This document shows positions 45,714-54,196 of a stretch of DNA of 64,000 bases, piece by piece; positions within the stretch are counted from its first letter, which is position 1, and each line of letters begins with the position of its first letter. The position numbers were made by a program, and so were the translations under genes. This DNA comes from an uncultured Acidobacteriota bacterium (lineage in GTDB: Bacteria > Acidobacteriota > JAQAZP01): NCBI GenBank assembly GCA_963836075.1, contig CAWIIB010000009.1, positions 2,592,001-2,656,000 of the forward strand, written 5' to 3'. Under the pieces are notes generated by a model. The model ran no database searches. It was not told the DNA's origin and saw only the letters and a program-made list of their open reading frames with translations.

Positions 45714-46555
45714 GATCGCTCTCCGTGAGGAACCGTGTTTTTTTCCGGCGGCGGCTGCGGCGCCACCGCCAGGTCCACCGCTGTCTCCCGGTCCGCCTGG
45801 TGCAGTCCCGGGCCGCCATGACCCAGATGGAGGAAGAATTCCCGGTTGCCCTTGGGCCCGGTGACCGGTGAGGCGATGACCCCCCGGGTGGCCAGGCCGC
45901 AGGTTTCAGCCAGGGCGTGACTGACCCGCAGCAGCACGTCCCGGTGCAGGGCGGGGTCGCGGATCACACCCTTTTTGCCCACCTGCTCCCGGCGCACTTC
46001 GAACTGCGGTTTGACCAGCGCCACCATCTCCAGGCCGGGAACCAATTCTACTATCCGCGGCAGGACCTTTTCCAGTGAGATGAAGGAGAGGTCGGCGGTG
46101 GCCAGGTCGGGCGGTTCGGGCAACTGCTCCGCTTCGAGGTAGCGGGCGTTCAGACGCTCGCGGACCACCACCCGGGGGTCGGTGCGCAGGCGCCAGTGGA
46201 GGATGCCGTAGCCCACGTCCACGGCGATGACCAGCCGCGCCCCGTGCTGCAGCAGGCAATCGGTGAACCCGCCGGTGGATGCGCCGAGGTCAATGGCCAC
46301 CCGGCCGGCAGGGTCAACACCGAAACGGTCCAGGGCCGCCTCCAGCTTCAGCCCTCCGCGGCTGGCGTAGCGCGCCGCCGCGGCCCGGGGGCGCAGACTG
46401 ATCACGGCGCCGGCGGGCACCGGCATCCCCGGTTTTTCCGCCGGTTCGCCGTCCAGCAGCACTTCTCCGGCCAGGATCAGGGCCCGGGCCCGGTGACGGC
46501 TCTCCGTCATCCCCTGTTCCACCATCACCTTGTCCAGCCTGGGCCGGATTTTCAT
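45710..46555 (-). CDS. tlyA: TlyA family rRNA 2'-O-methyltransferase
   Basis: RLDK S4-like start, YASRGGLKL, DLGASTGGFTD, DLSFISL, LVKPQFE, GPKGNREF. Confidence 0.94.
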   Translation of the reverse strand: MKIRPRLDKVMVEQGMTESRHRARALILAGEVLLDGEPAEKPGMPVPAGAVISLRPRAAAARYASRGGLKLEAALDRFGVDPAGRVAIDLGASTGGFTDCLLQHGARLVIAVDVGYGILHWRLRTDPRVVVRERLNARYLEAEQLPEPPDLATADLSFISLEKVLPRIVELVPGLEMVALVKPQFEVRREQVGKKGVIRDPALHRDVLLRVSHALAETCGLATRGVIASPVTGPKGNREFFLHLGHGGPGLHQADRETAVDLAVAPQPPPEKNTVPHGERS

Positions 46556-46562
46556 GGGTCTC

Positions 46563-47450
46563 TCAGTGGCTGCGCCGCAGCAGGTAGTCGGTGAGCTGGA
46601 GCAGGACGCCGGCCTCCGCGCCGTAGGGCGCCAGCTCTTCGGCCGCCTCCCGGGCCAGCTGCCGGGCTTTGGCGTTGGCCTCGTCCATCCCGGCGGCCGC
46701 CGGGTAGGTGGCCTTGCCCTGGGCTTCGTCCTTGCCTGCCGTCTTGCCCAGGTCCCGGGTGTCGCCGGTGCGGTCGAGGATGTCGTCGGTGATCTGGAAG
46801 AGCAGCCCGATCCGGCGGCCATAACGGTCCATCCGCTCCAGCTCCTCCTCTGCGGCACCGGCCAGCGCGGCGCCCATGGTGAGGGAGGCGGTGATCAGCG
46901 CCGCTGTTTTCAGAAGGTGGATCCGTTCCACCGTGGCCAGTGGAACCTCCTCCCGGCCCTCCGATTCCAGGTCGGCCATCTGCCCGCCGATCATCCCTCC
47001 GGTGCCCGCCGCGTCGGCCAGGATACCGATGATGCGCAGCAGGCGTTGCGGTGCCGGGACCGTCTGCCGGGCCAGGATCAGGAAGGCGTGGGTCAGCAGG
47101 GCGTCCCCGGCCAGAATGGCGGTGGCCTCGTCAAAGGCCTTGTGGCAGGAGGGGCGGCCCCGGCGCAGGTCGTCGTCGTCCATGGCCGGCAGGTCGTCGT
47201 GGATCAGCGAGTAGGTGTGGATCATCTCCATGGCGCAGGCGGCGGGGAGCACCGCCTCCCGCCGGCCATGGTGCAGGTCGGAGGCGGCAATGACCAGCGC
47301 CGGCCGCACCCGCTTGCCGCCGGCAAAGACGCTGTAGCGCATGGCGCGGTGCAGCGTCCGGGGCTCGGTGTCGTCCGACGGGAGGTGGGCCTCCAGGGCG
47401 TCGTCCACCAGGCGCCTCGACTCTTCGAGAAATGTAAGCAAATCCTGCAC
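46563..47450 (-). CDS. ispA: Geranyltranstransferase / FPP synthase
   Basis: GGKRVRP, SLIHDDLPAMDDDDLRRG, FQITDDILD. Confidence 0.95.
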   Translation of the reverse strand: MQDLLTFLEESRRLVDDALEAHLPSDDTEPRTLHRAMRYSVFAGGKRVRPALVIAASDLHHGRREAVLPAACAMEMIHTYSLIHDDLPAMDDDDLRRGRPSCHKAFDEATAILAGDALLTHAFLILARQTVPAPQRLLRIIGILADAAGTGGMIGGQMADLESEGREEVPLATVERIHLLKTAALITASLTMGAALAGAAEEELERMDRYGRRIGLLFQITDDILDRTGDTRDLGKTAGKDEAQGKATYPAAAGMDEANAKARQLAREAAEELAPYGAEAGVLLQLTDYLLRRSH

Positions 47451-47465
47451 ACCGGTCCTCCTCGG

Positions 47466-47690
47466 CTACTGATCGTCCGTTCCGGCCGCGCTCCCTTCCG
47501 CCTCGGCCAGTAGACTGCTCACCTTCTGTTCCGCCTGCTCCAGCTGTTTGCTGCAGGTGCGGGTGAGCCCCACGCCCTCTTCGAAGATCCTGATCGACTC
47601 CTCGAGACTCAGGTCACCGCTCTCCAGCGTGTCCACGATCTCTTCCAGACGGCGGATCGCCGTTTCGAAAGATTGTACCGTTTTCCCCAT
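47466..47690 (-). CDS. xseB: Exodeoxyribonuclease VII small subunit
   Basis: FETAIRRLEEIV, LEESIRIFEEG. Confidence 0.94.
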   Translation of the reverse strand: MGKTVQSFETAIRRLEEIVDTLESGDLSLEESIRIFEEGVGLTRTCSKQLEQAEQKVSSLLAEAEGSAAGTDDQ

Positions 47691-49066
47691 CAGTTCGCCT
47701 CCTCCGCGTCCTTGATCTCGTCGATGCTGCAGCCCAGCCGGCCGCGGTGCAGCAGGACGGTCACCCGCTCCCCGGTCTGCACCTCGCGGGCCCGGCGCAG
47801 CACCCGGTCCGAGCCGTCCGCCAGGCGGCAGATGGCATAGCCCCGTTCCAGCACCGCCAGCGGGCTCAGGCCGCCCAGGCGTTCCCGCAGCCGGTGACTG
47901 TCCGCGGACGCCCGCTGCAGCTGCAGGGTCATTCTCGTTCCCAGCCCCCGGCCCAGTGCCGCCAGCTCCGAGCGCCGCCGCTCCAGCTGCCGCCCCGGGT
48001 TGTACCGGGCCAGCAGCGCTTCCAGCCGGACCAGCCGCTGGCCGTTCTCCCGCAGCGCCCGGCTGGCGGCCTCCACCTGCCTCGACTGCAGGTCGTCCAC
48101 CCTCTGGGCCCGCTCCACCATGCGCAGCCGCAGCCGGCCCACCATGCGGCCCGGAGAGTTGCGTTCCAGCTCCACCACGGCCGCGGCCATCCTCGACCTG
48201 AGGGCCGAGCGCAGCCGTTGGCGCATCCCCGTCAGCTGCCCCACCAGGTCTTCGTAGCGGGCGCTCACCGTTTCGGCGGCGGCCGAGGGGGTGGGGGCCC
48301 GGTGGTCAGCGGCGAAGTCGCAGATGGTGACGTCGGTCTCGTGGCCCACGGCGGAGATCACCGGCACCGGGCAGTTGGCCACCGCCCGGGCGGTCAGTTC
48401 CTCGTTGAACGGCTGGAGGTCTTCCAGCGACCCGCCGCCGCGGGTCACCACCACCACGTCCACCGTCCCCCGGCGGCCCAGTTCTTCCACCGCCGCGGCG
48501 ATTTCAGCCGCCGCCTCGTTCCCCTGCACCCGGCAGGGGGCGATCAGCACCTCCACTCCCGGCGCCCGGCGCCGCAGGATCTTCAGCACATCCTGCACCG
48601 CGGCCCCGGTGGGGGAAGTGACCAGGCCGATGCGGCGGGGGAAGGGGGGCAGCGGTCGTTTGCGTTCGTCGTCGAACAGGCCTTCGGCGGCCAGCCGGGC
48701 CTTGAGCTGTTCGAAGCGCAGGCGCAGCGAGCCGTCGCCCAGCGGTTCCATGAACTGCACCGAGAGCTGCAGGTCGCCCCGGGGGGCATAGAGGGTGACG
48801 GTGCCCCGGGCCAGCACCTGCAGGCCGTCGGCGGGCTCGAAGCCCATCTGCCGGGCAAAGCCCCGGAACATCACCGACTTCAGACGCCCGTTCTCGTCGG
48901 TGAGGCTGAAGTAGAGGTGTCCCGAGGCGGGCCGGGCCAGGTTGGAGATTTCCCCCACCACCCAGATGTTGGCCCAGTTGGACTCCACCTCGTTGCGCAG
49001 CAGGCCCAGCAGCTCCGACACCGTGTGGCGCCGGCTGTCGGGAGGGCTGGGATTGGTTCGGGGCAT
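47690..49066 (-). CDS. xseA: Exodeoxyribonuclease VII large subunit
   Basis: GEISN, SGHLYFSL, RGGGSLEDL, SAVGHETD, APTPSAAAE. Confidence 0.96.
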   Translation of the reverse strand: MPRTNPSPPDSRRHTVSELLGLLRNEVESNWANIWVVGEISNLARPASGHLYFSLTDENGRLKSVMFRGFARQMGFEPADGLQVLARGTVTLYAPRGDLQLSVQFMEPLGDGSLRLRFEQLKARLAAEGLFDDERKRPLPPFPRRIGLVTSPTGAAVQDVLKILRRRAPGVEVLIAPCRVQGNEAAAEIAAAVEELGRRGTVDVVVVTRGGGSLEDLQPFNEELTARAVANCPVPVISAVGHETDVTICDFAADHRAPTPSAAAETVSARYEDLVGQLTGMRQRLRSALRSRMAAAVVELERNSPGRMVGRLRLRMVERAQRVDDLQSRQVEAASRALRENGQRLVRLEALLARYNPGRQLERRRSELAALGRGLGTRMTLQLQRASADSHRLRERLGGLSPLAVLERGYAICRLADGSDRVLRRAREVQTGERVTVLLHRGRLGCSIDEIKDAEEAN

Positions 49067-49106
49067 TGTTCGTCCTCGGGAGCCGGCCGGACCGAGCCGC
49101 GCGGGT

Positions 49107-49886
49107 TCAGACCGGTTCCAGCAGGCGGTGGATGCCGGTGGCCCGGCCCGTGCCGCTGTCCACCTCGATCACCACCGCGGCGAACCGGCCGTCGCCCTTT
49201 GCCGCGGAGAGCCGTTTGGGCCGCCCGGTGATGAAACGCTCCAGGGCGGCATCCTTGCGCATGCCGATCACCGAATCGTAGGGGCCGGTCATGCCCACGT
49301 CGGTGATATACGCCGTGCCTTTCGGCAGCACCCGCTGGTCGGCGGTCTGGATGTGGGTGTGAGTGCCCAGCAGCGCGGTGACCCGCCCGTCCAGGTGCCA
49401 GCCCATGGCCACTTTTTCCGAGGTGGCTTCGGCATGGAAGTCCACCACCACCACCCCGGCATCCTTGATCCCGGTTGCCAGCAGGCGGTCAACCGTCTGG
49501 AAGGGGCAGTCGATGGACTCCATGAAAATGCGCCCCTGCAGGTTGATCACGGCCACCGGCACCGCAACCCGCCGGCGGCAGACCAGCAGGCCGCTGCCCG
49601 GTGACGGCGGCGGGTAGTTCGCCGGCCGCAGGAGCCGCGGTTCGTTGTCCAGCAGGTGGGCGGCGTCGTTGCGGTCCCAGATGTGGTTGCCCGAGGTGAG
49701 GACGTCAACTCCGGCGTCGAAAAACTCTTCGATCACCGGGCCGGTGACCCCGAACCCGCCGGCGGCATTCTCCACGTTGGCGATGGTGAAGTCGATGCGG
49801 TGACGTTCCACAGCGGGCAGGTAGTGCTGGTGAAAGGCCGCCCGGCCCGCCCGGCCCGAAATGTCGCCGACAAAGAGTATGTTCAA
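49107..49886 (-). CDS. ymdB: YmdB family metallophosphoesterase
   Basis: GDISG, NVENAAGG, TSGNH, DFHAEATSEK, GTHTH; follows rny. Confidence 0.92.
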   Translation of the reverse strand: MNILFVGDISGRAGRAAFHQHYLPAVERHRIDFTIANVENAAGGFGVTGPVIEEFFDAGVDVLTSGNHIWDRNDAAHLLDNEPRLLRPANYPPPSPGSGLLVCRRRVAVPVAVINLQGRIFMESIDCPFQTVDRLLATGIKDAGVVVVDFHAEATSEKVAMGWHLDGRVTALLGTHTHIQTADQRVLPKGTAYITDVGMTGPYDSVIGMRKDAALERFITGRPKRLSAAKGDGRFAAVVIEVDSGTGRATGIHRLLEPV

Positions 49887-49904
49887 CGGGGCACCCGACC
49901 GTTC

Positions 49905-51470
49905 CTACTTGGCGTATTCGCTGGCCCGCGTCTCACGGATCACGTTGACCCGCACCTGGCCCGGGTATTCCAGTTCGCTCTCGATGCGCTTGGCGATGTC
50001 CTTGGACAACCAGACCGTTTCCTTGTCGTTGACCAGACTGCTGTCCACCAGGATCCGGACCTCGCGGCCCGCCTGGATGGCGAAGGACTTGTGCACGCCC
50101 TGGAACGAATCGGCGATCCGTTCCAGGCGGCGCATCCGGGTGCAGAAGGTCTCCACCATCTCGGTCCGCGCACCGGGTCGGGTGGCCGAGATCCGGTTGG
50201 CCACCTGGACCAGGTTGGCCTCGATGGTCAGCGGCTGCACCTGGTTGTGATGCGCCTCCACGGCGTGGACCACCTTTGGCGACTCGTTGTATTTCTGCAG
50301 CAGCTCCACGCCCACCTGGGTGTGCGAGCCCTCCGAGTCGCCCAGAAGCGCCTTGCCGATGTCGTGCAGCAGCCCGGCCCGCTTGCAGGCCCAGACATTC
50401 ACTTCCAGCTCCGCGGCCAGGGCGCCGGCAATAATCGAGACGTCCCGGGAGTGGACCAGGACGTTCTGGCCGCCGGTGGTGCGGTAGCGCAGCATGCCCA
50501 GGGCCTTGACGATTTCGGGGTGCAGGTCGAGGATGCCCAGGTCGAAGACCAGGCTTTCTCCCTCGTCGCGGACGATCTGCTCGAAATCCACCCGGACGCT
50601 CTCCACCACTTCCTCGATGCGGGCGGGGTGAATGCGGCCGTCGGAAATGAGCCGTTCCAGTGCGGCCTTGGCCACGGCACGGCGCAGGGGGTCGAACCCG
50701 GAGAGCAGCACCGCCTCGGGGGTGTCGTCGACGATCAGGTCCACGCCGGTGGCCATTTCCAGGGCGCGGATGTTTCGGCCCTCCCGGCCAATGATCCGGC
50801 CCTTCATCTCGTCGGCGGGCAGTTTGACCATCGTGACCGTGGGCTCGATGATCTCCTCCTTGTCCACCCGCTGCATGGCGGTGCAGAGGATACCCTTGGC
50901 CCGCTGCTTGGCCCGTTCCCGCGCCTCGTCCTCGATGCGCTGGATGGTCTTGGCCACATCCTTGCGGGCCGTGCTCTCCATGGAGCGCATCAGTTCCCGT
51001 TTGGCCGTTTCCTGGGTCATCCCCGAGATTTTTTCCAATTGCTGACGCTGGTCTTCAACCAGGGTCTCCAGGTGGCTGCTCAGCTTCTCCACCCGCTGCT
51101 CGCGATCCTGGAGGTCGGTCTCCAGGGTGGACAGGTCTTTCTCCTTCTGGTCGATGATGCCGAACTTCTGGTCCAGCTGCTCTTCCTTGTTCCGGAGTTT
51201 TTTCTCGAGCCTGCCCAGTTCCTCCCGTTTTTCACGGGTCTCCTTCTCGAAATCCTGGTTGCGGCTGTAGAGCCGTTCCTTGGCTTCGAGGTCGGCTTCC
51301 TTGCGGGCTGCTTCGGCTTCCCGCCTGGCTTCCTGGAGAAATTCTTCGGCGGCTTGTTCGGCGCGAGCCGTGGTTCTTCTGGCGACGATCCCGCGGGACA
51401 GCAGCCAGAGGATGAAGAAGATGAGGCAAATTCCACCTGGAAGGAGCGCGCTCAGTATCAGGTCGGACAT
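49905..51470 (-). CDS. rny: Ribonuclease Y
   Basis: N-terminal TM helix, coiled coil, KH (KGRIIGREGRNIR), HD (LLHDIGK), AIQAGREVR. Confidence 0.94.
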   Translation of the reverse strand: MSDLILSALLPGGICLIFFILWLLSRGIVARRTTARAEQAAEEFLQEARREAEAARKEADLEAKERLYSRNQDFEKETREKREELGRLEKKLRNKEEQLDQKFGIIDQKEKDLSTLETDLQDREQRVEKLSSHLETLVEDQRQQLEKISGMTQETAKRELMRSMESTARKDVAKTIQRIEDEARERAKQRAKGILCTAMQRVDKEEIIEPTVTMVKLPADEMKGRIIGREGRNIRALEMATGVDLIVDDTPEAVLLSGFDPLRRAVAKAALERLISDGRIHPARIEEVVESVRVDFEQIVRDEGESLVFDLGILDLHPEIVKALGMLRYRTTGGQNVLVHSRDVSIIAGALAAELEVNVWACKRAGLLHDIGKALLGDSEGSHTQVGVELLQKYNESPKVVHAVEAHHNQVQPLTIEANLVQVANRISATRPGARTEMVETFCTRMRRLERIADSFQGVHKSFAIQAGREVRILVDSSLVNDKETVWLSKDIAKRIESELEYPGQVRVNVIRETRASEYAK

Positions 51471-51564
51471 ATCCGCCTACCTCCAGGTCGGGTGATGGGA
51501 AGAATCGTATGATTCAACTGCTTTTCAAAGACACCGTCAGTTCGGTCATTTGTTCAATGCCATC

Positions 51565-51616
51565 AGCCGTTCCGTCGCGGTCTTCCCGGCGGGGCCGGGA
51601 CTGCGACGGAACGGCT
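51565..51616. repeat. Long near-perfect inverted repeat upstream of rny
   Basis: AGCCGTTCCGTCGCGG..TCCCGGC-GGG-GCCGGGA..CTGCGACGGAACGGCT. Confidence 0.85.
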
Positions 51617-51674
51617 CAGGGCATTGATCGGAAGAACTGAGGTCAGAGAAGGGCTGGCGGAGGGAGTGCGCCCG

Positions 51675-51894
51675 GCGGGGGATCGAATCAGGCTGCAGAA
51701 GAATCAGGTGCCGGTCACCCTGCGACCGGGTGAACCCACGGCGGGGTCCGGTCCCGCAGGAAGCCGACCGGGCGGCCAGTGGGCCCGGCGTCGGTCAGGA
51801 CTGTCTGTTCCGTGCCGGCAGGTAACCATCTGTTTCTCAGCCTACATCTTCAGAGACATTCGGGCATCTCTGCCCGGGATTCGATCTTTTCCGC
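51675..51894 (-). ncRNA. Candidate 6S RNA or other rod-shaped ~220-nt RNA; strand uncertain
   Basis: Nested end-to-end complementarity (GATCGAATC/GATTCGATC, AGGCTG/CAGCCT, TGCCGG/CCGGCA, CACGG/CCGTG); lies just downstream of zapA, a common ssrS position; minus strand has GGGUUCA...CGGCAC. Confidence 0.45.
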
Positions 51895-51936
51895 AACCGG
51901 GGCCCCGCGTCGTTCCGCCCGGAGCCCGCCGAGGGA

Positions 51937-52239
51937 TCATTCCTGATCCATCACCGCTTCCAGAATGCTGCAGCAGTCCTCGGCTCTCTGCATCAGTGCG
52001 CCCTCGTCCTCTTCCTTGAGCGCCCGATACCGCTGATATTCGTCCGCAATGTTAAGCGCGGCCAGTATGGCCACCTTGAGGGAGTCCACCGTAGAGGTTC
52101 CCTCGGAAATATCCTTCATCTTCCGGTCGACATAACCGGCCACGTGCTGGATGTCGTCGCTGTCGCCCTGGCCCTTGAGCGTGTATTTCTGGCCGAAGAT
52201 TATAACCTCGATCAGCTGTCCGTTTTCCTCGGTCACCAT
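51937..52239 (-). CDS. zapA: Cell division protein ZapA
   Basis: GGAGG RBS; IFGQKYTL, VAGYVDRKM, AILAALNIADE. Confidence 0.93.
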   Translation of the reverse strand: MVTEENGQLIEVIIFGQKYTLKGQGDSDDIQHVAGYVDRKMKDISEGTSTVDSLKVAILAALNIADEYQRYRALKEEDEGALMQRAEDCCSILEAVMDQE

Positions 52240-52264
52240 GCTCGGTCCTCCGGGCGCACCATCG

Positions 52265-52615
52265 CTATCCACCAGCTGCCGCGGTCTTTGCCGCCGGGGT
52301 TTTTTTACCCCCGGCTTTTGCCGGCTTTGTCTTCACCGGCGGGTCTTCCAGGTCCAGATCGGCCAGTTCGCCGATCAGGCTCTCCACCCGCCGCTTGATC
52401 TCCGAGCGCTCTTCGCGCAACCGGTCAAGCTCAGCGAAGGAAGCTGCCTGCCCGGCCCGCTCGGCCTCCAGTTCAGCCACCCGGTCCTTCAGCCCCCGCT
52501 TTTCGATCTGCAGGGCGGCCACGTGCTGTTCCAGCTCCAGGCGCACCGTTTTCAGGTGCTGGATCCGTTCGGCGGCGAGCCGTATTTTTTCTTCCAGAAC
52601 TGTGAACTGTTCCAT
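52265..52615 (-). CDS. Coiled-coil protein, ZapB-like
   Basis: Heptad pattern (LEEKIRLAAERIQHL...IKRRVESLI), directly upstream of zapA, Lys/Ala tail. Confidence 0.65.
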   Translation of the reverse strand: MEQFTVLEEKIRLAAERIQHLKTVRLELEQHVAALQIEKRGLKDRVAELEAERAGQAASFAELDRLREERSEIKRRVESLIGELADLDLEDPPVKTKPAKAGGKKTPAAKTAAAGG

Positions 52616-52658
52616 TGCCTCACGCCGGCCCGGGGGCCGGTCCCCGCGATCCTCCGCT

Positions 52659-53024
52659 TCAGGCGGAGGTGTCCGTGGCGCCCTGGGCCAGGGTGGCCAG
52701 CTCGCTGAAGCCGGCGGGATCTTTGACCGCCATCTCGGCCAGGACCTTGCGGTCCAGGGCCACGTTGGCCTTGGCCAGACCGCTCATGAACCGGCTGTAC
52801 GAGATGCCGTTCAACCGCGCGGCGGCGCCGATGCGGACGATCCACAGCCGTCTGAACTCACGCTTCTTGGTCCGGCGGTCGCGGTAGGCGAAGCTCAGGG
52901 CCCGTTCCACGGATTCCTTGGCCGACTTGTAGAGGCGGCTCTTGGCTCCGTAGTAGCCCTTGGCCAGCTTGAGGTATTTGGAGCGCCGCTCTTTTCTCTT
53001 TGTGCCTCGTTTAACTCTTGGCAT
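52659..53024 (-). CDS. rplT: 50S ribosomal protein L20
   Basis: [23 protein letters not shown]. Confidence 0.98.
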   Translation of the reverse strand: MPRVKRGTKRKERRSKYLKLAKGYYGAKSRLYKSAKESVERALSFAYRDRRTKKREFRRLWIVRIGAAARLNGISYSRFMSGLAKANVALDRKVLAEMAVKDPAGFSELATLAQGATDTSA

Positions 53025-53117
53025 GGTTTCCTCCAGGGTGCACCCCTGATGCAGCCGGCGGATCAGCCGTCAGGCCCCCGGTGAAACCGGGTGACCGGGG
53101 CCGTCCGCAGCGGCGGT

Positions 53118-53315
53118 TCAGGCGTGCGGCAACAGCATCTTGATCCGGGCGCTGTCACTGGTGTGGACGTAAGTTGCCTTCCGGAGCCCCCTTTTCCGCT
53201 TGGTACTCTTCTTGGTCAGGATGTGGCTGGCATAGGCTTTGATGCGTTTGATCTTTTTCCCCTTGGTCAGCTTGAATCGCTTCGCTGCCCCACGGTGGGT
53301 TTTCAGTTTTGGCAC
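53118..53315 (-). CDS. rpmI: 50S ribosomal protein L35 (GTG start)
   Basis: AAGGAG RBS; [19 protein letters not shown]. Confidence 0.97.
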   Translation of the reverse strand: MPKLKTHRGAAKRFKLTKGKKIKRIKAYASHILTKKSTKRKRGLRKATYVHTSDSARIKMLLPHA

Positions 53316-53443
53316 CTTATGGTCTCCTTCCTTTCGCGTACATGTAAAACAAACCATCCCGCCCGCGGCCCAAAGGCCGGGCGTCGATACGTGCGATGGG
53401 TCAATAGGCCTCGTTCTGTTTAGTCAGATGGAGTGCGCGCCGG

Positions 53444-53986
53444 TCAGACCTTGTCGGGCGCGAAGACGGCCACCATCCGGATCCCCTCCATTTTGGGATG
53501 GGCCTCCAGGACGGCCAATTCACCGAGTTCGACCTTGAGACGATCGATGATCCGAACCCCGTTCTGCTTGTGCGCCCGCTCGCGGCCCCGAAAGATGATG
53601 GTGATCTTCACCTTGTCCCCATCCTTCAGGAATCGCACCACGTGACGCAACTTGAACTGGAAATCGTGCTCATCGGTGTTGGGACGAAACTTGATCTCCT
53701 TGACCTGGAACTGCTTTTGCCTTTTTTTTGCCTCGTGTGCTTTTTTGCTCTGCTGGAAGAGGTATTTGCCGTAGTTCATGATACGGCACACCGGGGGCTT
53801 GGCTTCCGGCGCCACCTCCACCAGGTCGAGGTTCAGGTCCTGGGCCCTCTGTTGGGCGTCCTCAATGGCCAGGATGCCCAATTGTGTCCCGTCCTCGCCG
53901 ATGACTCGCACTTCGGGAACCCGAATATCTTCGTTGATTCTCGTCGTGGGCTCTTTCGGCTCGCTCCGTCTGAAATCTCTTCTTAT
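53444..53986 (-). CDS. infC: Translation initiation factor IF-3, probable ATA start
   Basis: RINEDIR, LDLVEVAP, PPVCRIMNYGK, KEIKFRP, FRGRE; GGAGG precedes in-frame ATA. Confidence 0.95.
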   Translation of the reverse strand: MRRDFRRSEPKEPTTRINEDIRVPEVRVIGEDGTQLGILAIEDAQQRAQDLNLDLVEVAPEAKPPVCRIMNYGKYLFQQSKKAHEAKKRQKQFQVKEIKFRPNTDEHDFQFKLRHVVRFLKDGDKVKITIIFRGRERAHKQNGVRIIDRLKVELGELAVLEAHPKMEGIRMVAVFAPDKV

Positions 53987-54152
53987 GGCTTCCAATCCTC
54001 CATCTGGGGTCCGGACTTCAGCGGATGTTTCCGGCCGAACCACTTTGATGTCACTGACAAATAAATACCTTATGCGCCCGCCGGCGTTCCGGGGAGGGGC
54101 TTCCGCCCACACCCGATTCCCCTGCCGGAATCAGACCTGTACACAATCCATT

Positions 54153-54181
54153 ACTATAGCGGTTAACGCTTCTGGAATCAA
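54153..54181 (-). promoter_or_regulatory. sigma70-type promoter for infC-rpmI-rplT
   Basis: Minus strand TTGATT-17 nt-TATAGT just after thrS stop. Confidence 0.7.
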
Positions 54182-54196
54182 CCTTGTTGCCACCGT

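Noticed and set aside
51745-51770. GTCCGGTCC-CGCA-GGAAGCCGAC resembles SRP RNA helix 8
   Set aside because: Lacks the conserved CAGG/AGCA internal loop and GNRA tetraloop
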